DNA from: Candidatus Multivorans sp.
Lineage (GTDB): Bacteria; Acidobacteriota; Thermoanaerobaculia; Multivoradales; Multivoraceae
Assembly (NCBI GenBank): GCA_965247095.1
Contig: OZ251997.1
Location: forward strand, 4,448,001-4,512,000
Direction: 5' to 3'
DNA length: 64,000 nt
In this document: piece by piece, positions 56,316 through 64,000 of the stretch
How the letters are laid out: every line of letters begins with the position of its first letter
How positions within the stretch are numbered: the first letter of the stretch is position 1
Notes under the pieces: generated by a model
Databases searched by the model: none
The model's input: only the letters and a program-made list of their open reading frames with translations
What the model was told of the DNA's origin: nothing
Program-made: the position numbers and the translations under genes

Positions 56316-57887
56316 ATGTATCCCGGCAGGTACGCGCGCGAAACGCCTGACAAACCGGCGGTGGTCATGGCCGGCACTGGCGAGTCGGTCAGCTACCTGG
56401 AGCTCGATCGACGGTCGAACCGGCTGGCCCAGCTCTGGTACGCGCAGGGCCTGCGGCCCGGCGACCACGTGGCGATCTTCATGGAGAACCACCCGCGCTA
56501 CTTCGAGGTCTACTGGGCGGCGATCCGCTCGGGTCTCTACCTGACCACGGTGAACAGCTACCTGACCGCCGAAGAAGCGGCGTACATCGTGAAGGACTGC
56601 GGAGCGGAGGGGATCGTCGCATCCGCGAAGCTGGCTGAGGTCTGCACTGAGCTTCCAGACCTGATTCCAACCTGCCCCAGCCGCCTGATGGTCGACGACG
56701 ACCGGCTCGGCATCCCCACGGGCTGGGATGACTACGGCGAGGGGACGGCGCAGTACCCGGCCGAACCGCTCGCCGAACAGCCGCGCGGCAGCACGATGCT
56801 CTACAGCTCGGGCACGACCGGGCGGCCGAAGGGCATCCTGCGGCCGCTCCTGGGCCTGCCGGTTGATGAGATGCCGGCGCTCAGGCTGGAAGTCCTCACG
56901 AACATCTACGGCATTGGCGCTGATTCGATCTACCTGTCGCCGGCGCCGCTCTACCACGCGGCGCCGATCGGGTTCACTGGCGGTGTCCAGACGCTGGGAG
57001 GGACGGCCGTGGTCCTGGAACGGTTTGACCCGGAGCTTGCGCTCAAGGCGATCGAGGACTTTCGGGTCAACGTCAGCCAGTGGGTGCCGACCATGTTCAA
57101 CCGGATGCTCAAGCTGCCTGAGGAAGCGCGGACGCGCTACGACCTGTCGAGCCACCAACGGGCGATCCATGCCGCTGCGCCCTGCCCGGTCGATGTCAAG
57201 CGCCGGATGATCGAGTGGTGGGGACCGATCATCCTGGAGTACTACGCCGGCACCGAGGGCAACGGGATGTGCGCGGTGGAAACCGAGGAGTGGCTGGAAC
57301 GCCCCGGCACGGTCGGCCGGTGCCTCACGGCGACGATCCACATTTGCGGCGACGACGGCGGACAGTTGCCTGTCGGCGAGCCCGGGACGATCTACTTCGA
57401 GCCGCCCGAGGACGCGGACCTGTTCGAGTACCACGGCGACCAGGAGAAGACGCTCGGCTCCCGGCACCCGGTTCATCCGCGCTGGAGCACGCTCGGCGAC
57501 GTCGGCTACCTGGACGAGGACGACTACCTGTTCCTCACCGACCGCAAGGCCTTCATGATCATCTCGGGCGGCGTGAACATCTACCCCCAGGAGATCGAGG
57601 ACGCGCTGGTTGTCCACCCGAAGGTCGCCGATGTGGCGGTCATCGGCGTACCCAACGAGGACATGGGCGAAGAGGTCAGGGCGGTGGTCCAGTTGATGCC
57701 CGGGATCGCGGAGAGCCCGGAAGTGACCGAGGAACTGATGGCCTACGCCCGCGAGCGAATTGCGCACTACAAGGCGCCGAAGTCGATCGACTTCGAGGAG
57801 CAGCTCCCGCGGCTGCCAACCGGCAAGCTCTACAAGCGTCTGCTGCGCGACCGCTACTGGACGGGCCGCACGTCGCGGATCGTGTAG
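56316..57887 (+). CDS. acyl-CoA synthetase (AMP-binding)
   Basis: YSSGTTGRPKG, YYAGTE, TLGD, ISGGVNIYP, TGKL. Confidence 0.92.
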   Translation: MYPGRYARETPDKPAVVMAGTGESVSYLELDRRSNRLAQLWYAQGLRPGDHVAIFMENHPRYFEVYWAAIRSGLYLTTVNSYLTAEEAAYIVKDCGAEGIVASAKLAEVCTELPDLIPTCPSRLMVDDDRLGIPTGWDDYGEGTAQYPAEPLAEQPRGSTMLYSSGTTGRPKGILRPLLGLPVDEMPALRLEVLTNIYGIGADSIYLSPAPLYHAAPIGFTGGVQTLGGTAVVLERFDPELALKAIEDFRVNVSQWVPTMFNRMLKLPEEARTRYDLSSHQRAIHAAAPCPVDVKRRMIEWWGPIILEYYAGTEGNGMCAVETEEWLERPGTVGRCLTATIHICGDDGGQLPVGEPGTIYFEPPEDADLFEYHGDQEKTLGSRHPVHPRWSTLGDVGYLDEDDYLFLTDRKAFMIISGGVNIYPQEIEDALVVHPKVADVAVIGVPNEDMGEEVRAVVQLMPGIAESPEVTEELMAYARERIAHYKAPKSIDFEEQLPRLPTGKLYKRLLRDRYWTGRTSRIV

Positions 57888-57893
57888 GAACTT

Positions 57894-58616
57894 GTGGCGT
57901 CGGGTTCCCCGCTGACGGCGATCGCTGACGAACTGGCCTCGGCAGTCGACGCGCTCGAGTTCGGTGCCCCGGTCGTCCACGTCTACAACCCCCTGGTCTA
58001 CGCCCAAGCGGCCCACCATGCCTACCTCCGGGTGGCCGGCGCGGCAACCGGACGGGTGCTGCTGCTGGGGATGAACCCGGGGCCCTGGGGCATGACCCAG
58101 ACCGGTGTGCCGTTCGGCGAGGTGGCCCACGTGCGGGACTGGTTGGGGATCGCGAGCGGTGTCGAACCGCCGGCCGATCAGCACCCGAAGCGGCCGATCC
58201 TGGGCTTTGGCTGCGGGCGGAGCGAGGTCAGCGGCCGCCGGGTCTGGGGTTGGGCGGATCGGCGCTTTGGAACCCCGGAGGCGTTTTTCGATCGCTTCGT
58301 GATCTGGAACTACTGCCCGCTTGCCTTCCTGGCGGAGAGCGGCGCGAACCTGACCCCGGACCGGTTGCCGGCGAAGGAGAAGGCGCCGCTGTTTTTGGCC
58401 TGCGACCGGGCTCTGGAGCAAGCTGTTCAGGTTCTTGAGCCGCGGCTGGTCGTCGGAATCGGAGCGTTCGCGGAGGGCAGGGCGCGGCGAGCGCTCGAGG
58501 GTTTGGATGTGCCGTTAGGGCGGATGCTGCACCCGAGCCCGGCGAGTCCGGCCGCGAACCGGGGCTGGGAAGAGCAGGCGGAACGGGACCTGCGGGGGTT
58601 GGGGGTGGTTCTCTAG
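57894..58616 (+). CDS. SMUG1-family uracil-DNA glycosylase
   Basis: GMNPGPWGMTQTGVPFG, SEVSG, NYCPL, HPSPASP. Confidence 0.92.
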   Translation: MASGSPLTAIADELASAVDALEFGAPVVHVYNPLVYAQAAHHAYLRVAGAATGRVLLLGMNPGPWGMTQTGVPFGEVAHVRDWLGIASGVEPPADQHPKRPILGFGCGRSEVSGRRVWGWADRRFGTPEAFFDRFVIWNYCPLAFLAESGANLTPDRLPAKEKAPLFLACDRALEQAVQVLEPRLVVGIGAFAEGRARRALEGLDVPLGRMLHPSPASPAANRGWEEQAERDLRGLGVVL

Positions 58617-58626
58617 GGTAGGGCGT

Positions 58627-59817
58627 TCAGCCGGCGTCGCGGGGTTCGACCTCGCGGTCGTCGACGGCCAGGACCACCGCGTCGTGGATCGCGGGCCGCA
58701 GCCTTCTGATCGCGATGTTGTCCCGCGTGGGGTGGACACGGTTCGTCAGCAGGACGACGATCAGATCGAGTTCCGGGTCGATCCAGAGAGAGGTCCCGGT
58801 GAAGCCGGTGTGGCCGAAGGAACGGGACGAGAAGTAGCGGCCGGCGGAACTCGGCTCTGAGGGCGTGTCCCAGCCCAGCGCGCGGCTGCTGCCGGGGACG
58901 AGTTCGGCGCGGCGGGTGAAGAGGGCGACCGTCTTGGCGCCGGCAAGCCGCTGCCCTCCGTAGACGCCGCCGTTCAGCATCGCCTGGCCGAACGCGGCGA
59001 CATCGCCGGCGGTGCCGAACAGGCCGGCGTGCGGAGCGATGCCCCCCAGCGCGAGCGTGTTTTCGTCGTGGACCTCGCCATGGGGCAACCGGCCGCGCCA
59101 GGGATCGAACTCTGTCGGGGCGGTCTGGCCCCGCAGTGATTCATCGGGCAGGTACCCGCTGTCGGCCAAGCCGAGTGGGTCAAGGACTTCGGCCTGCACC
59201 AGGTCGTCGAGGCCGCGGCCGGAGCTCCGCTCCAGGATCTCACCCAGGAGCAGGACGCCGAGGTCGGAGTAGATCGCCTGTTCGCGCCGGCCCACTTCCA
59301 GTTCCGTGCCGGCGATGTGCTCCAGGTATCGGGCGCGCGCCTCGTCGCGGTCGAGGCCTTCTCCGACTTCCCGGAACAGTTCGGTGCAGCAGGGCAGACC
59401 GCTCGAGTGGGCGAGCAGATCCCGCAGCGTCGCGCCGCCGACCGATGATCCCTCGAGTTCGAGCAGGTAGGACGCGGCAGTGGCGTCGAGGTCGAGCGCG
59501 CCCTCCTCGACCCGGCGCATCATCAGCGTCGTCGTGGCGATGATCTTGGTCAGGGAAGCCAGGTCGTAGATCGTCGACGGGGTGACCGCGGGCGAGCCCT
59601 TGTCGTAGGTCAGGCGGCCCGCGGCCCGTTCGAGGACCACGGCGCCGCGGCGGGCCACCAGCAGGACGCCGCCCGGGGTGACACCGCTGCCTGTGGCCGT
59701 CTCCAGCAGGTCGGCGGCGTGTTGCAGGCGCTCTGCATCGAAGCCGGCCGCTTCGGGCGCGGCGTCGCGAAGCACGGGCGCCGCCGCTGCCGGTTCTGCC
59801 GATCTCGGTGGGGACAA
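58627..59817 (-). CDS. serine hydrolase, beta-lactamase family (in-frame lipoprotein signal upstream; start problematic)
   Basis: YDLASLTK, YSDLG, GHTGFTG. Confidence 0.88.
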   Translation of the reverse strand: MSPPRSAEPAAAAPVLRDAAPEAAGFDAERLQHAADLLETATGSGVTPGGVLLVARRGAVVLERAAGRLTYDKGSPAVTPSTIYDLASLTKIIATTTLMMRRVEEGALDLDATAASYLLELEGSSVGGATLRDLLAHSSGLPCCTELFREVGEGLDRDEARARYLEHIAGTELEVGRREQAIYSDLGVLLLGEILERSSGRGLDDLVQAEVLDPLGLADSGYLPDESLRGQTAPTEFDPWRGRLPHGEVHDENTLALGGIAPHAGLFGTAGDVAAFGQAMLNGGVYGGQRLAGAKTVALFTRRAELVPGSSRALGWDTPSEPSSAGRYFSSRSFGHTGFTGTSLWIDPELDLIVVLLTNRVHPTRDNIAIRRLRPAIHDAVVLAVDDREVEPRDAG

Positions 59818-60047
59818 GTGCGCCGCGGGTCCAGGCGATTGGCAGGCGGACGTTGCCGCCAGGACGAGAAGAGCCGCCAGAGGGTGGAGCCGGTGCGTTG
59901 GTCAGTCCTCGCGTGGCGTCCATGGCGGGCCAAGGCGGGCCAAGGCGGCAACTGAAGGACTATAGCCGGGTCGGCTGCGGGAGGATCTTCGGTTGCTATC
60001 CTCGCTCCTTGCTGATCGGAACAAATGCGGAAGGGGAATGAGGGACG

Positions 60048-61106
60048 ATGAGGAATTCTCTTGCCGGAGTGATGATCGTCGCCGTGGGCTTGACCCTTGG
60101 CTGCGGTTACGGCGCCGAGACAGAGGAGGCGGAACCGATGGTGGACGAAGGCGAGGAAGCGGTGGAAGCGGCGGGCTCGATTCTGCGCAACGACCCGGCG
60201 ATGGACGACCTGGTGCCGGCGGACGCGGTGGTAGAGAAGGTCGCGGACGGCTTCATGTTCACCGAGGGCCCGGTGTGGGTGCCGGGGGATCCAGACCGCC
60301 TCTATTTCAGTGACATCCCGGGCAACACGGTCTACCGCTGGTCCGAGGGCGAGGGCAAGGTCGTCTTCCTGCAGCCCGTGCTGCCCGACGACGCCGACAC
60401 CGGCGGCACCGGCGGCTCGAACGGGCTGGCGCTCCACGCGGACGGCCGGCTCGTCCTTTGCGAGCACGGCGGTCGACGGGTGTCCGCGATGGCGCTCGAC
60501 GGCGAGCGGGTGACCCTGGCCGACCGCTACGACGGCAAGCGGCTGAACAGCCCGAACGACATCGTGTTCCACTCGAGCGGCGCCGCCTTCTTCACCGATC
60601 CTCCCTACGGGCTGGACGGGCAGGACGCGTCGGAGAACAAGGAGCAGCCGCACAACGGCATCTACCGGCTGGACCCGGACGGCACGGTGACCCTGCTCGA
60701 GACCGGCCAGACCCGTCCCAACGGTCTCGGCCTGTCGCCGGACGAGAAGATCCTGTACGTGGCGAACTCGGACGCGGCGCCGAACCGGTACTGGAAGAAG
60801 TACGCCGTGAACGACGACCTGACCCTCGGCGAGGGCGAGATGTTCTTCGACGCCAGCGACATGGAGGCCCCCGGCGCACCCGACGGGATGGCCATCGATG
60901 TGAACGGCAACGTGTTCGCGACCGGCCCCGGCGGTGTCCTGGTCTTCAGTCCGGACGGTCGGCACCTGGGCACCATCGCACCGGCCGAGCTGCCGGCGAA
61001 CACCGCCTTCGGCGGCGACGGCAGCACGCTCTACATGACCGCCCGCACCGGCCTCTACCGCGTGGCGACAAGTACGCGGGGCGACGTCTACGCCAGCGGC
61101 GAGTGA
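60048..61106 (+). CDS. SMP-30/gluconolactonase family lipoprotein
   Basis: FTEGPVW, LNSPND, FTDPPYG, PNGL, PDGM. Confidence 0.92.
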   Translation: MRNSLAGVMIVAVGLTLGCGYGAETEEAEPMVDEGEEAVEAAGSILRNDPAMDDLVPADAVVEKVADGFMFTEGPVWVPGDPDRLYFSDIPGNTVYRWSEGEGKVVFLQPVLPDDADTGGTGGSNGLALHADGRLVLCEHGGRRVSAMALDGERVTLADRYDGKRLNSPNDIVFHSSGAAFFTDPPYGLDGQDASENKEQPHNGIYRLDPDGTVTLLETGQTRPNGLGLSPDEKILYVANSDAAPNRYWKKYAVNDDLTLGEGEMFFDASDMEAPGAPDGMAIDVNGNVFATGPGGVLVFSPDGRHLGTIAPAELPANTAFGGDGSTLYMTARTGLYRVATSTRGDVYASGE

Positions 61107-61129
61107 AGAGCCGCCCTGAGTAGGGCCGC

Positions 61130-62808
61130 ATGCAACTCCGCGGATCGTTCGGCACACTCGACTGGCTGATCCTCGCCGCGCTGCTGGTCGGCCTGACGCT
61201 GCTGTCGCGGTCGCTGTCGCGGCGGCAGAAGACGGAACGCGACTACTTCGGGGGCTCCCGGAGCTTGCCGTGGTACGCGGTGGCGGCGTCCCTGGTGGCG
61301 ACCGAGATCAGCGCCGTGACCTACATCAGCCTGCCCGCGATCGTCCACCGGCCGGGCGGCAACATGACCTACCTGCAGATCGGGCTGTTCGGCTACGTCG
61401 CCGCCCGTCTGCTCGTGGCCCGGCTGCTGGTCCCGGCCTACTACCGGTACGACGTGATGAGCCCGTACGATCTGATCGAGCGCCGGCTCGGCGACTCGGG
61501 CGCGGCGGTCCGGAAGGCGGCGACCGGCCTGTTCTGGCTGGGAGGGGTGCTGGCGCAGTCGGCGCGCGTCTACCTCTCGGCCGTCGTGCTCGGGGTGCTG
61601 CTGCACCGCGAGCTTGCCTGGCTCGAGAGCGCGACCGGCCTGCCGCCCCACGTGGCCGCGGTGGCAGCGATCATGGCCATCGCCATCCTGTGGACCTGGC
61701 TCGGCGGCATCGCGGCCGTGGTCTGGACGGACGCCGCGCTGTTTGTGCTGTTTCTCGTGGGCGTCGCGGTCAGCCTGGGCGTCGTTGTGTGGGAGATCGA
61801 GGCCGGTATCTCGACGACGCTTGCCGCCGCCTGGACGGAGGGGAAGTTCACGCTGTTCGACCTGTCGACCTCTCTCTCCGTTCCCTACACCCTGTGGGCG
61901 GCGCTGATCGGCGCGACGGTCGGCGGCTTCGCCGCCTTCGGCACGGACCAGTTGATGGCGCAGCGCATCTTCTGTTGCCGCAGTGCCCGCGACGCCCAAC
62001 TGGCGGTCGTGGCCAGCAGCGTGTCCGTGATCGTCTCGTTCGCGTTCGCCCTGGTCGGGATCGGGCTGTGGGCCTACTACGAGCAGGCGCCCCTGCACGG
62101 TACGGCGGCGGCGATCGTGGCGGAGCAGCCCGATCGGATCTTCGCGGTGTTCGCGGTCGAGGCGGTGGCGGTCGGCCTGAAGGGCCTGGTGGTAGCCGGC
62201 GCCCTGGCGGCGGCGATCTCGAGTCTCGACTCCATTCTCGCGGCCCTTGCGCAGACCACGTCGTCGCTGCTGGGCCCGCGGTGGCGTCGCGGCGACGGCC
62301 TGCGGTTGCCCCGGTTGCTGGTCCTCGGTTGGGGACTGGTGCTGGGCGTTGTGTCGCTGTCGATGGACCGGGTGGCGGCGCGGTACGACGCGCTGCTGGA
62401 CCTGGCGCTGGCGATGGCCGGCTACACGGGCGGAGCGCTGATGGCCGCGGTCCTTCTGGCGCTTGCGCCCTGCGGCCGCGACGGCCGCGGCTTTCTGTGG
62501 TCCGGGCCGTTGTCCGTGCTCGCCGTCTTCGCAGCGGCCTGGCATCAGCCGGCGGCGGGATGGATCTGCCTGCTCGGCTGCGCTGTGTTGCTTGGAACCT
62601 GGCTGCGCGCGGACGGTCGCGGCCGCTGGGGAGCAAGTTTGTTGCTGATGCTGGGCGCCGCGTTCGTGCTCGCGATCTGGCGCTGGGCGGAGGGCCCCGG
62701 CGGCGAGTCGCTGGCCTGGCCGTGGTACGTGCCCTTGGGTGCGGCGGTGGCCTGGCTGTGGGGGCTGGGGCTGAGCGGGCGCGCCCGTGTTCTTGCTAGC
62801 GTCGCGAC

Positions 62809-62812
<4 letters not shown>
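61130..62812 (+). CDS. sodium:solute symporter
   Basis: ATEISAVT, GGIAAVVWTD, DQLMAQR, AAAISSLDS. Confidence 0.88.

Positions 62813-64000
<1,188 letters not shown>

Overview
GC-rich bacterial window, probably Acidobacteriota-like (inferred from GWxTD/VWA, many PQQ, LLM and SSS genes). It is mostly catabolic and envelope genes interspersed with many intact or decaying toxin-antitoxin modules. The main signal is a minus-strand five-gene operon at 30884-38827: XRE-HTH/ImmA protease, PIN nuclease, 4-TM protein, ComEC-like metallo-beta-lactamase (MBL) ending in Gly, and an E2-E1-JAB fusion. It is a ubiquitin-like conjugation, probably anti-phage, system with its own sigma70-type promoter. Its MBL is split by an IS1634 element (13-bp TIRs, 6-bp target duplication). 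Other highlights are an NCS2 permease fused to a degenerate RsbW-like domain next to GPP34 and STAS genes, a UGSC selenoprotein hidden as two ORFs with a SECIS-like hairpin, and a REP-like palindrome family that also sits inside coding sequences. No rRNA, tRNA or CRISPR array was seen. All family calls come from motif recognition by eye, not from database searches.
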